Positions 33,356-43,395 are shown, counted from the stretch's first letter. The stretch: 61,243 nucleotides of DNA from a virus (IMGVR_UViG_3300036850_000032:1-61243); one strand, 5' to 3'. Notes: a model not told the origin generated them from the letters alone. Numbers and translations are program-made.

Positions 33356-35755
33356 GTGGCTGAAGGCGCTGATCTCGACATCCGCCCCGCCCGTTCGGTG
33401 CAACTCGTCACCGCTGGCCGGGACGTGTCTCCCGAGGATCAGCGAGACAGCAAAGCCGCCGAAGCGGAGCGCCTCCGCAAGCAAAAGCTTGTGGAGGAAG
33501 GCATCCGCCGCTGGAAAGCCTGCTCGGAAGCCGAAGCCAAGCAACGCCAGCGCGAGAAAGAGGATCTGGAGTTTGCCCGCGCGCTCCCCGAAGATCAGTG
33601 GCCCGAGGAACTGCTCAGAACCCGTGCCGGCGGGACGATCAACGGCATCGTGACGGCGGCGCGTCCCTGCCTCGTCATTCCCAAACTCAATGCCCCAGTT
33701 GATCAGACGGTCAACGAAGCGCGCAATGCCCGACTGAGTATCCGGGTCAAGCCCAAGGGGCAATTCTCGAACAAGAAGGGCGCCCAACTCCGCCAGGAGA
33801 TGATCCGTGCGATCGAGGTGGACAGCAACGCCACCCAGCCGCGGCTGTGGGCACTCAACCGAGCCGCCATCTGCGGCCGGGGCTGGTATCGCGTCGTGAA
33901 GGAGTACGCCGCCGATGGCGACTTCCTGATCGATCTCGTCACGAAGGGCATTCCGAATCAAGGCTCGGTCTACTGCGATCCCTTCGCGAATGAACCAGAC
34001 AAGTCCGATGCCGAGTTCATGTTTGTGACCTCGGACTTCGCGCCAGCCGAATACAAGCGGCGGTTTCCGAAGAGTGAACTGGCGGAGTCAAGCGCCGATG
34101 GCGACCTGTTCTCCACGACGGCGGATCTGCCTTTGGATTGGGTGAACGAGAAGCATTTCCGGGTGGCGGAGTACTTCTACGTTGAGCACAAGGATCGCAT
34201 CCTGATCGAAACCCCGCTAGAGCTCGGCGGCAAGCATCGTTTCGCGGATGAACTCCCGCCCGAGTTGCAAGCGGCCATCCCGAAGGGCATCAAGACGCGT
34301 ACCGTCGACCATCGCACCGTCCGCTGGTGCCTGATGAACGCCGTCGAGATCCTCGAGGAAGAGCAGTGGGAAGGCCGGACGATCCCGATCATCCCCGTGG
34401 TCGGCTCTGTCTCCAATGTGGAAGGCGAGTGGGTCTACAAAGGCATCGTCAGCAACGCCAAGGATGCCCAGCGCTCGTACAACTACGGCCGTTCAGCGCA
34501 AGTCGAGAGTGTCGGACTCGCCCCGCGCGCGCCGTGGGTCATTGCCGAGGGGCAAGTGAAGGGCTACGAGGACGTGTGGGAGCAGGCGAATACCTACGGC
34601 GGCAATTACCTGCCGTATGTGCCCACGAGTCTGGAAGGCCAGCCCGTTCCCCCGCCGCAACGCAATACCGTCGAGCCTGCTATCCAGGCGATCACTTTGA
34701 TGGTGCGCGAGGCGGACAACGACATCAAGGCCACGACAGGCCGGTACGATCCCAGTCTCGGCAATCTCGATCCGAACGCCCGTTCGGGCAAAGCCCTCAA
34801 GGAACTAAAACAGCAGGGCGAGCTCGGCTCCAGTCACTTCCTGGACAACCTCGCCAACGTGTCGATGCGGCGGGAAGCCCTGATCTATCTGGAGATGCTC
34901 TATCCGGTCTATGGCACGACACCGGGCCGGATCGCGCGGTTGCTCGGCGAGGAAGAGGAAGACGCCCGCGAAGTGATGCTCGGCAAGCCATTCGTGCCCG
35001 ATGAGGACGGCCGTCCAGTCGAAGCGCCGGCGGATCATCCCGCCGCCCAGCGCTACGAGCTGGACGAAGACGGCGAATACGCCGTGGTGGTGAGTGTCGG
35101 CAAGTCCTCGCAGACGCAGCGGGAAGACAACGCGGAACTGCTCAAGTCCATCTTTGAAGCGGCTCCGCAAGTCGCCGAGGCTGGCGCGGACATCTTCGTG
35201 GAGCAGTTGGAAGGCCCGGTCGCGGAACGGCTCGCTAAGCGCTTACGGAAGCTCAATCCGGCCCTCGCCGATGAGGACGAGAGCGGAGCGAAGCCGCCGG
35301 TCGATCCCGCGATGCAGCAACAACTCCAGCAGCTGCAGCAGGCGAATCAGCAGTTGGAAACCTCGCTGAAGCAAACCGTCGAGGAACTGAAGACGCAGAA
35401 GGCAGCCGCGGACGCTGAGGCCCAAGTCAAGCGCGAGGAGATTCAGGCCAAGGCCCAAGCCGCGCAGGCGGAGCAGGCCGCGAAGCAGCAGACCGCGCAG
35501 ATGGAACTGGAAGCCAAACAGCGTCAGTTTGAGGCGGAACTCGCGGCGAAGCGCGAGATGTTTGCAATGGAGCTGGCGAGCAAGAAGGAACTGGCGCTGC
35601 TGGAGATGGAGAACGATCTTCGCAAGGCGCAGATCGCATCGGATGCGAAGGCGCAGCAGTTGGAGATGCAGGCACAGGCCGCGCGCGAGTCACAGGTGCG
35701 GGATCAGGCGTTTCAGGCAGTGAGTGAGAAGCCGGAGATGGGAGCAGGCGCGTGA
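33356..35755 (+). CDS. P22-like portal protein
   Basis: RPCL.I.KL, CG.GW.RV, V..DP....D.SDA, VAEYF, G.V...KD.QR.YNY, SGKAL...QQG...F.DNL, long C-terminal helical barrel. Confidence 0.92.
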   Translation: MAEGADLDIRPARSVQLVTAGRDVSPEDQRDSKAAEAERLRKQKLVEEGIRRWKACSEAEAKQRQREKEDLEFARALPEDQWPEELLRTRAGGTINGIVTAARPCLVIPKLNAPVDQTVNEARNARLSIRVKPKGQFSNKKGAQLRQEMIRAIEVDSNATQPRLWALNRAAICGRGWYRVVKEYAADGDFLIDLVTKGIPNQGSVYCDPFANEPDKSDAEFMFVTSDFAPAEYKRRFPKSELAESSADGDLFSTTADLPLDWVNEKHFRVAEYFYVEHKDRILIETPLELGGKHRFADELPPELQAAIPKGIKTRTVDHRTVRWCLMNAVEILEEEQWEGRTIPIIPVVGSVSNVEGEWVYKGIVSNAKDAQRSYNYGRSAQVESVGLAPRAPWVIAEGQVKGYEDVWEQANTYGGNYLPYVPTSLEGQPVPPPQRNTVEPAIQAITLMVREADNDIKATTGRYDPSLGNLDPNARSGKALKELKQQGELGSSHFLDNLANVSMRREALIYLEMLYPVYGTTPGRIARLLGEEEEDAREVMLGKPFVPDEDGRPVEAPADHPAAQRYELDEDGEYAVVVSVGKSSQTQREDNAELLKSIFEAAPQVAEAGADIFVEQLEGPVAERLAKRLRKLNPALADEDESGAKPPVDPAMQQQLQQLQQANQQLETSLKQTVEELKTQKAAADAEAQVKREEIQAKAQAAQAEQAAKQQTAQMELEAKQRQFEAELAAKREMFAMELASKKELALLEMENDLRKAQIASDAKAQQLEMQAQAARESQVRDQAFQAVSEKPEMGAGA

Positions 35756-36054
35756 CGGCTCGCAATGGCATTCAGATATTAGCCGAGTGGGCCGAACAGC
35801 AAGACGCCCAAGGGAATGACATTGGGAAACAAGCCGTGATTGATAGCTTGGCGGCTGCGGCAACCGCGATGGAGATTGTACTCCGTTTGGCTGCTGGGGA
35901 AGTCCTCACGAATTCGCGCCATTTCGATGGTATGTGCGTCTTTTGCGGTGTTCAACGCCAGCCGTACGGACGGCCGCCATTTCCGCATACCAACGATTGC
36001 ATTTGGCTCAAAGCTCGCGCGCTCATCATGCAATCAGAAGAAGCGAAGGCATAA
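35752..36054 (+). CDS. hypothetical Zn-binding protein inserted between portal and scaffold
   Basis: CVFC...H..DC; visibly more AT-rich than its neighbours. Confidence 0.55.
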   Translation: MTARNGIQILAEWAEQQDAQGNDIGKQAVIDSLAAAATAMEIVLRLAAGEVLTNSRHFDGMCVFCGVQRQPYGRPPFPHTNDCIWLKARALIMQSEEAKA

Positions 36055-37209
36055 ATGGCAGGTATCGAATCCAATTCCACCGTCCTCCCCCCGATCACCT
36101 CGGGCACCGCGGATAGCTGGTCCTTTGACTCGGCGAGTATCAGCGATCAATCCGAACCGCTCGGCACCGTGACGGAGCCGGAGCCCGGCGATCAGCCCGC
36201 GCCCGATGACGCCGAACTGGCCACCGAACCTGCCGCGCCTGCTGCACCGAAGGTGGAAGCGAAGCCTGAGGCCCCGGCACAGCCCAGTAAGAAGCGTCAG
36301 ACGATCACTGAGCGGACAAACGTCCTCAAGGCGGAACTGGCGCAAACACTGCGCGAGCGGGCACAGGCGCGTGAGGAACTCGCCGATCTGCAACGCCAGC
36401 GTGACGCCCTCCGCGGCGAAGTCGGACGCCAACCGGCACCGCCACGACAGGAGCCAGCCCGCTCGGCACCGCCGCCTGCGTCCACGCTCGGCCCGAAACC
36501 GGAGTGGGACAAATTCGAGGCTGACGGCAAGTCATGGAAGGAATACGAGGACGCCAAAGATGCGTGGCTGGAAGCCAAGGCCGAGGAAAAGGCCACGGCC
36601 CGCATCAAGAGCGAGATCGCGTCGATCGAAGATCGCCGTCTCTCTGACGCCCAGCGCGCCCGAGAGGCGGAGATCGCGCAGAGGTACGCCGCGAAGATGG
36701 ACGCGGTCCACGCCAAGTACCCCGACTTCGCGGCGCAAGTGGATGCGAATCTGGCCGGCGTGCAAACCTCTGGCTTCATGAAAGCCATTCTTGTGCATCA
36801 CGCACAGGGTGGCGAAGTGTTGTATCATTGGGCGCGGCATCCGCATCAAGCCGAAATCATCGCGACCTTCCGGCCCACGAGGCCGATCATGGACGCGGTG
36901 GCGACGGCCGAGGATCCGATTCCGCTCTTATCTCACTTTGCCGAGCATCGGGCAGAGTTCGAGGCGCTGACACAGATGCCTCCGGCCAGACAACTCCTCG
37001 AGTTGGGCCGCCTCCAACAGCGACTTGAGGGTGCCTCGCGCACGTCCGACCCGCCCTCACGGTCATCGGTGAAATCTCCGGCACCTCCCTTCCGGGCGAT
37101 GGGCGGTACGGCTGCGGCGGTCAGCGACAGCTCCGAGACCACAGGCGATGACTTCGCGGATTGGGTCCGCGCAGAGAATCGCCGGCAAGCGCAGAGAGCA
37201 GGTCGTTAA
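36055..37209 (+). CDS. scaffolding protein
   Basis: Between portal and coat; acidic/Pro-rich N-terminus, coiled-coil, KYPDF, G.EVLY.., ELGRL. Confidence 0.8.
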   Translation: MAGIESNSTVLPPITSGTADSWSFDSASISDQSEPLGTVTEPEPGDQPAPDDAELATEPAAPAAPKVEAKPEAPAQPSKKRQTITERTNVLKAELAQTLRERAQAREELADLQRQRDALRGEVGRQPAPPRQEPARSAPPPASTLGPKPEWDKFEADGKSWKEYEDAKDAWLEAKAEEKATARIKSEIASIEDRRLSDAQRAREAEIAQRYAAKMDAVHAKYPDFAAQVDANLAGVQTSGFMKAILVHHAQGGEVLYHWARHPHQAEIIATFRPTRPIMDAVATAEDPIPLLSHFAEHRAEFEALTQMPPARQLLELGRLQQRLEGASRTSDPPSRSSVKSPAPPFRAMGGTAAAVSDSSETTGDDFADWVRAENRRQAQRAGR

Positions 37210-37229
37210 GCCGTCACACCCGGTGACGC

Positions 37230-38624
37230 ATGAGACATCATGCCTATGATTCCGATCCTCCGCGTTCTCGACTCGCACTGATTACCTGGCTCGCTCTCGC
37301 GGTCTGCGTGACGGCGGCGAGTCTGGTCCTCAGTCACTACACGTCGGACTGGTCCGGCGTGCTCGCGCTCAATACCCTCATCACCCCGACGTGGGTCATG
37401 CGTGAAGTCGGCCGGCTGCTCGTCAACAATCTGAAGTTCTCCGCGAACGTCAGCCGCAGTTACGACAGCCAATACAAGCGCATGGGCGCGAAGGTGGGCA
37501 ACACGGTCAATGCCCGTCTCCCCTTCCGGCCGCGCGTCTCCAAGTCGCAGGCGATCAACATCCAGTCGGTGGCGGATCAGATCGTCCCGATCACCCTCAC
37601 CGATCAGGCCAACACCGCCGTGGACTTCTCCACGATGGAAGAGACCACGCAGGTCGATGACTACCGGAGTCGCTACATCCAGCCCGGCGTTGAGTCCCTC
37701 GTCAACACGATGGATGCCGATGGCCTCAACCGGATGTATAAGGCGACGTTCTGGACGGTCGGCACACCCGGCACCGTGCCAGGCTCCACCGGCACCAACC
37801 CGCAAGCCGCCTATCTCACCTATCTGCAAGCGGGCGTGAAGCTCTCGAACAGCGCGGTTCCGCCGGATGGACGCATTGCCGTGTTGAACCCCAACATGCA
37901 CGCGTACCTCGCGGCTGGCGGCCTGACGATCTTCAACCCGCAGGCGCAGATGAGCAAGGTGTATCGCTCAGGGCAGTTCAGCGGGCATGCGCTGGGCTTC
38001 TCGGCGTGGTACGAAGATCAGAACGTGTTCCCGCACGTCATCGGGACGGCGACGGGCACGCCGCTCATCAACGGGGCGTCGCAGACCGGCTCCAGCATCA
38101 TCACCGATGGCTGGACGGCGAGCGTCACGATCCTGCTGCAGGGCGATGTCATCCAGTTCGCGGGCGTCAACGCCGTGAACCCGATGTCCTACCAGAGCAC
38201 GGGGCAGTTACAGGATTTCGTGGTCACGGCGGATGTCACCTCGGACGGATCGGGCAATGCGACCATCCCGGTCTACCCCGCGCTCACCACGAGTGGGCAG
38301 CTCCAGACCGTGACCGGTTCGCCCGCGAACAACGCCGCGATCACCGTGTTCGGGACGGCGCAAGCGGGTCTCGCGGCGCAGGCGGGCATCACCACGCCGC
38401 AAGCGCTGATGTATCACCCCGACGCGTATGCGCTGGTCATGGCGGATCTCGTGCTGCCGAAGGGCTTGTGGATGAGCGAGCGGATCTCCAGTGAGGAACT
38501 GGCGGTCTCGGTGCGCTTCCTCAAGCAATACGACATCATGACCGACCTGTCGGCGGCGCGCGTCGATGTGCTCTACGGCTGGAAGGCCGTGAGACCAGAG
38601 ATGGGGGCCAGGCTCGCAGCCTGA
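37230..38624 (+). CDS. P22-like major capsid (coat) protein with N-terminal hydrophobic extension
   Basis: NTLITP.W..RE...L.NNL.F...V.R.YD, G.KVG.T...R.P, DD...RYI.P, I-domain GDVI.FAGV.AVNP, QYDI..D....R.DVLYG...VRPE. Confidence 0.93.
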   Translation: MRHHAYDSDPPRSRLALITWLALAVCVTAASLVLSHYTSDWSGVLALNTLITPTWVMREVGRLLVNNLKFSANVSRSYDSQYKRMGAKVGNTVNARLPFRPRVSKSQAINIQSVADQIVPITLTDQANTAVDFSTMEETTQVDDYRSRYIQPGVESLVNTMDADGLNRMYKATFWTVGTPGTVPGSTGTNPQAAYLTYLQAGVKLSNSAVPPDGRIAVLNPNMHAYLAAGGLTIFNPQAQMSKVYRSGQFSGHALGFSAWYEDQNVFPHVIGTATGTPLINGASQTGSSIITDGWTASVTILLQGDVIQFAGVNAVNPMSYQSTGQLQDFVVTADVTSDGSGNATIPVYPALTTSGQLQTVTGSPANNAAITVFGTAQAGLAAQAGITTPQALMYHPDAYALVMADLVLPKGLWMSERISSEELAVSVRFLKQYDIMTDLSAARVDVLYGWKAVRPEMGARLAA

Positions 38625-38637
38625 GAAAGAGGACATC

Positions 38638-39465
38638 ATGAGTCTCACCTATCTCAACTCCACGACGATCACCAATGCCATCGCTGCCGATACGCAGCGA
38701 TTCCTCGTCGCCAGTACGACCAACATCACGGTTGGCGGGTTTCTGGTGGCGAACAAAGAATGCATGCTCGTGCAGGCGATCCCGGTCAGTGGGACCGTGG
38801 AGGTCATGCGCGGCGTGAACGGGAGCGTCGCGGCGGCCTACCCGGCACTCCAGACCGTCTGGATCGGGACCGGATCGTCGATCGGCGTGCCCAATGCCGA
38901 TGGCGAGGTCCAGCTCGTGGCCACCCCGTCCACGGGCCTCCCTGGCTACAAGCTGCCGCTCGGTACGCGCATCCGTCTGGCGGGCAGTGAGTACGTGTTG
39001 TGCGACTTCAGCGCGACCATGTACAGCCGGCAGCCCTGCACGATCGATGAGGGGACGTGGTTGGCCACGCCCATCGCGACCACGGGCCGGGGTCGGATCG
39101 GCGTCGTGGCGGAGCCCGAAGGCGGCACGTCCGATCAGTGGGGCTGGGTCCAGATCTATGGCCGCTGCCTCATGCAGATCGGGATGTCGGGCGTGTCGCC
39201 GTCGGATGCGGCGAACGGCCCGACCACGCTCAGCACGTCCGTGCAAACGCGGTTCGCCCTGCCCACGTCACTCACCACCCCGGCCGCGCTGGGCTGGGTC
39301 TCGGATCCCTCGTCTGGTGGGTACATCGTGCAAGGGATGTGGGTCGCGACCGATGCCTCGCCCGGCGATGTGTCGGCCGTGACGAGTGCGGCGAGTCACA
39401 CCGGATCGCAGATCGCGGTGTTTCTCAACTACCCCAGCCTCAAGTTCGAGGTGGAGGCGACGTAA
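38638..39465 (+). CDS. probable head decoration/cement protein
   Basis: Strong AAAGAGGA RBS directly after coat; beta-rich, WGWVQIYG motif. Confidence 0.55.
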   Translation: MSLTYLNSTTITNAIAADTQRFLVASTTNITVGGFLVANKECMLVQAIPVSGTVEVMRGVNGSVAAAYPALQTVWIGTGSSIGVPNADGEVQLVATPSTGLPGYKLPLGTRIRLAGSEYVLCDFSATMYSRQPCTIDEGTWLATPIATTGRGRIGVVAEPEGGTSDQWGWVQIYGRCLMQIGMSGVSPSDAANGPTTLSTSVQTRFALPTSLTTPAALGWVSDPSSGGYIVQGMWVATDASPGDVSAVTSAASHTGSQIAVFLNYPSLKFEVEAT

Positions 39466-39470
39466 GCCTG

Positions 39471-40289
39471 ATGGCGGCGATCATGTTTCTGTCGGGCCAA
39501 GGACACGGGGGGGCGGCACACCGCCGCCCTCCCTATTTCCGTGGCACAAAGAAGCTCGGCCTCATCGGCAGCACGACCAACAACCAACATGCGCCGTGGC
39601 ATGACACGAGTTGGATGCTGGTCTCACACACCTGTAGCCGACCGGACTGCAAGCGTGAGCCAGATTGGTACTTTGACCTGCATCGGCGTGAGTGCTTCAC
39701 GCAGCGAAAGCGCTGGAATCTGAACTATCACCAGTGGCTCAAGACGCTGCAAACGCCGATCTTTATGCAGGAGGAGTGGAAAGAGATCCCGATGTCTGTG
39801 CGGTATCCGCTCGAGCGGGTGCAGGCGGAGTACGGCACCTCTGTTCATGCAGGGAACGTGTTCACCAATCACGTCTCCTACATGTTTCCGTTGGCGATGG
39901 CGGAGGGGATCGAGACGATTGGTTTGTTCGGCTGTCAGTACTCGGCCGCGGATGATCGCGGGCCGCAGCGCGACACGTTGCTGTATTGGATGGGGCGCTT
40001 TGAGCAATGGGGCGGCCGTCTCGTGATCCCGTCCCCGAATACGCTGCTGGCCGTCCCGCGGGGCTTGTACGGCTACGAGAGTCACGACGAGCACGGCAAG
40101 CTGGTACCGGAATACACCGCCGTCAAAGCCCCCGCCGCTTCCGCTCCTGTGGAGCCGTCACAGACCTTACGCGAGCGCGGCGCCGTGGTGATTGACATGG
40201 ATCGGGTGGAGGGTCGCCCGCCCCTGACACCGCCGCCGAATGGAGAGCCCATCGCATGGGATCGATCTGGACTGACACGGCACGCGTAA
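39471..40289 (+). CDS. glycosyltransferase-like protein (GT29/MAF-like fold)
   Basis: IGS...APW.D..W; WYFDLH; YP; FTN.VSYM..LA..EG.E.IGLFG..Y...QR....YW.G. Confidence 0.55.
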   Translation: MAAIMFLSGQGHGGAAHRRPPYFRGTKKLGLIGSTTNNQHAPWHDTSWMLVSHTCSRPDCKREPDWYFDLHRRECFTQRKRWNLNYHQWLKTLQTPIFMQEEWKEIPMSVRYPLERVQAEYGTSVHAGNVFTNHVSYMFPLAMAEGIETIGLFGCQYSAADDRGPQRDTLLYWMGRFEQWGGRLVIPSPNTLLAVPRGLYGYESHDEHGKLVPEYTAVKAPAASAPVEPSQTLRERGAVVIDMDRVEGRPPLTPPPNGEPIAWDRSGLTRHA

Positions 40290-40585
40290 TCGCGCGGATC
40301 TTCAGCCTGACGCGATGGGCGCGGGACTTACGCATGGCGCTCTATCGCGGGCAACCGATTCGCCTGAGACGCGGGCGACTGATCGTGAGGCCGCGTGCAT
40401 CCCGTTGAAGCGGCGACGTGGCGGACCTGTGCGGCCTATCTGACGGCCTTACTCGAGGAGTACGGCCCGATGCCGGCGACGGCCTTGCGGAGAGCCGCAA
40501 AGGAATGCCGACAGATGGCTGACACGCAGGGCGATCCGCGCTGTCGGGTGCGGGAGATGCTCGCGACACGTGACGAGGTAGCCGT

Positions 40586-40921
40586 ATGACGAGACAAATG
40601 CTTTCTCTAATCGCCGGACTACTGGTGCTCACGGTGCCGCTGACTGCTCAGCGCGTACAGACGTACGAGCAGCTCACCGTGTCCAGCACGGCGGTGCTGA
40701 TCTCGGCCGCCACGTTGAGCAAGATGAACGCTGGACAAGGCGTCTTGCAGGGCGCCGAGATTCGCTACCGCTGCGACGGCACGGCCCCCACTACTACCGT
40801 GGGCACACCACTCCAGGTGGGCAGCACGATTACCTTCGGGAACGTCATCGATGCGCGGGCCTGTCAATTCATCAGGACGACTGGGACCGACGGCGTGCTC
40901 AATCTGAATTTCTGGCAGTAA
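40586..40921 (+). CDS. small beta-rich structural-type protein with Sec signal peptide
   Basis: MTRQMLSLIAGLLVLTVPLTA|Q; IRYR.DGTAPT...G..L..G motif. Confidence 0.7.
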   Translation: MTRQMLSLIAGLLVLTVPLTAQRVQTYEQLTVSSTAVLISAATLSKMNAGQGVLQGAEIRYRCDGTAPTTTVGTPLQVGSTITFGNVIDARACQFIRTTGTDGVLNLNFWQ

Positions 40922-40925
40922 GACC

Positions 40926-41600
40926 ATGACCACACACCTTCGGTCAATCGCGGCACTGTGCGTCGCGCTGCTTGCGATGTTCGCGATTGGATTGCCAGCG
41001 CAGGTCTCACAGACGCCTGGGCCGTTTGTGCTCGGGAGTGGTGCATTTACCCCTCAACTGTTTGGGCCAGTGGTCGGGAACTGCACCACGCCCGCGTACA
41101 GCTTTGCCGGCGATGGGAACACGGGCTACGGCGCGTCCAGTACTGAGACGTTGGTGCTGTGTACCGCTGGCACTGAGCGGATCCAGATTTCCAACAACAT
41201 CATCATCCTCGGATCTGGTGCGGCGTCGGCCTCGATTCGCTTTAACAACGCCCCCACGCTTGGATTCGGGACCTCCGTCTTCATGTCTGGCACGGCGCCG
41301 ACGATCAGCTCCGGCTTCGGCACCTCTCCGTCCGTCGTGGCGAACAACGGGACTGCCGCCTTCACGATCAACGTCGGGACCGGCGGCACGGCCTCTACTG
41401 GCGTGATTGGATTGCCTGCAGCCACCACGGGGTGGCATGTGCAGTGCCAGAACACAAGCACCAATACCGCGACCGTCTTCATCACGAAACAAACCGGCGC
41501 GACCACCACCACCGCCACCATCGGCAACTACGATGCGGCCGGCGCGGCAGCCGCTTGGGTGGCCTCCAACGTCCTCTTGTGCTCGGCGACGGGGTACTGA
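40926..41600 (+). CDS. fibre-like protein with Sec signal peptide
   Basis: MTTHLRSIAALCVALLAMFAIGLPA|Q; P.YSF.GD.NTG fibre repeat; Thr/Gly/Ala-rich. Confidence 0.7.
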   Translation: MTTHLRSIAALCVALLAMFAIGLPAQVSQTPGPFVLGSGAFTPQLFGPVVGNCTTPAYSFAGDGNTGYGASSTETLVLCTAGTERIQISNNIIILGSGAASASIRFNNAPTLGFGTSVFMSGTAPTISSGFGTSPSVVANNGTAAFTINVGTGGTASTGVIGLPAATTGWHVQCQNTSTNTATVFITKQTGATTTTATIGNYDAAGAAAAWVASNVLLCSATGY

Positions 41601-41604
41601 GGCG

Positions 41605-42684
41605 ATGCGTATCGTGACGGTTCCTGTGCTTCTCCTCCTCAGCGTCGCCACAATGGGACAGATCCGGCGTGGCGACGGCAGTTTGGAAACCCCCATTTTG
41701 CCGGCGGACTGTTTCGGCACGGGCAAGGCGCTCACGATCGAGGCAGGACTATTCGGCTGCAACACGATTGAGGGCGGCTCTGGCGCTCCGGCCGATGCCA
41801 CCTATTTGACGCAGACCGCACACGCCGGCCTGAGTGCCGAACAAGCCCTCTCCGCGCTCGCGACGGGGCTGCTGAAAGTCACCAACGGCACGGGTGTCCT
41901 CTCCACCGCCAGCGCGCCAGCGGACTACGTGGCGACCGGCGATAGCCGACTCTCGGATGCGCGCACACCGCTCGGCCATGCCGCGACACACATCTCCAGC
42001 GGCAGCGATCCCATCAACGGCGCGACGACGGCCGTCCGCGGAACGGTCGAACTCGCCACCGATGGGGAGAGTGCGGCGAACCTCGTGCCACAGGCCAATG
42101 ATGCACGGCTGAGTAATGCCCGCACGCCCACGGCGCACGAAACGACGCATCGCAGCGGCGGCAGTGACGCGCTCTCGGTGCTCACCCTGTCCGGCTATCC
42201 GGGCGGCACGACGAACTTTCTTCGGGCTGACGGCGCCTTTGCCGCACCTCCCGGCGGTGGAGGCGGCGCTACCAAACTGATCGTCACCGCGGATCGCCAG
42301 AACACCACCACCACCTTTGCCGACGTAACGGACCTGACGTTGGCGGTGAGTGCCACGACGCGCTACGTGTTTGAATGCGTTCTGACGAGCACGACAGCCG
42401 TGTCGACGACGGCCATGCAAGTCTCCGTGAATGGCCCGACGCAGACCAGTCTTCGCTACACGGTCGAGACTGCCACGACCGCGTCGGCGACCCACCGCGC
42501 CACGCAAACGGCCTATGACACAGTCACGAATCCGGCGACGGGTGCCGCAGCCGTGCCCCTGCCGGTGTATCTGCGAGGGCAGATTCTCACCAATGGATCC
42601 GGCACGCTCGCCGTACGGTTTCGGTCGGAGGTGTCGGCGTCAGCCGTCAACATCCTCGCCGGTAGCTATTGTCTCGTGCAGTGA
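41605..42684 (+). CDS. fibre-like protein with Sec signal peptide and internal repeats
   Basis: MRIVTVPVLLLLSVATMG|Q; two copies of D.RLS.ARTP..H..TH.SG.D (fibre shaft repeat). Confidence 0.7.
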   Translation: MRIVTVPVLLLLSVATMGQIRRGDGSLETPILPADCFGTGKALTIEAGLFGCNTIEGGSGAPADATYLTQTAHAGLSAEQALSALATGLLKVTNGTGVLSTASAPADYVATGDSRLSDARTPLGHAATHISSGSDPINGATTAVRGTVELATDGESAANLVPQANDARLSNARTPTAHETTHRSGGSDALSVLTLSGYPGGTTNFLRADGAFAAPPGGGGGATKLIVTADRQNTTTTFADVTDLTLAVSATTRYVFECVLTSTTAVSTTAMQVSVNGPTQTSLRYTVETATTASATHRATQTAYDTVTNPATGAAAVPLPVYLRGQILTNGSGTLAVRFRSEVSASAVNILAGSYCLVQ

Positions 42685-42696
42685 GGGTTGCTGATG

Positions 42697-43374
42697 TCAC
42701 CCCTCCATCGGCAGACGGCGACGACAAACGAGCACGAACTGGTACGCGAACAGCGTTGGCCAGAGACGTGTGATCTGGTGATGCAGCCAGTGCAGTGCGG
42801 CCAAGCGTCCGCCCCTCCCTGTCGCCGGCCACAGCAGCGGCAGCGGGACCGGTGTGGGCTGCACCGTGAGCACGATCAGGCCGGCATCTGTCATCAATTG
42901 GCGTGCCGTGCGACGCGTGAAAAAGCGGAGATGCGTGCGATCGAGAATCCCGCGATCCGTGTAGTCGAATCGCCCGCACAGCATCTGCAGGCGAATCCAG
43001 AGATGCGCCACATTGGGCACCGACACGAGCACGTAGCCGAACGAGCGCACCAGCGGCACCAGTCGTGTCAGCGTGGCCAGCGGATCGGGCAGATGCTCCA
43101 GCACGTCCCCAATCACGATCGCGTCGAACGCGGACAGTCCGGACAGATCTACCGTCTGCACGTCGCCGATGATCAGGCGGTCGCAGCTCGTCGCGTCGGC
43201 CACGGTTGCATCACATTCGATCGCGGTCACCGAGCACCCGTGCGCGCGCATGGCGCGACTCAGGTAGCCGCTCGCTGGACCGATCTCCAGCACCGTCTTC
43301 GATCGCACGTTGGCGATCCAATCGAGGATCTGGGCGTGAGAGCTGTAGTGGTCTGTGTCCTTGTAGGTGTACAT
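42697..43374 (-). CDS. class I SAM-dependent methyltransferase (glycan-cluster type), antisense to structural operon
   Basis: VLEIGPASG, FDAIV.GDVLEHL.DP, SVPN.AH, GILD.THLRFFT. Confidence 0.85.
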   Translation of the reverse strand: MYTYKDTDHYSSHAQILDWIANVRSKTVLEIGPASGYLSRAMRAHGCSVTAIECDATVADATSCDRLIIGDVQTVDLSGLSAFDAIVIGDVLEHLPDPLATLTRLVPLVRSFGYVLVSVPNVAHLWIRLQMLCGRFDYTDRGILDRTHLRFFTRRTARQLMTDAGLIVLTVQPTPVPLPLLWPATGRGGRLAALHWLHHQITRLWPTLFAYQFVLVCRRRLPMEG

Positions 43375-43395
43375 CCGCACGGCAGAGGGTAGCCC

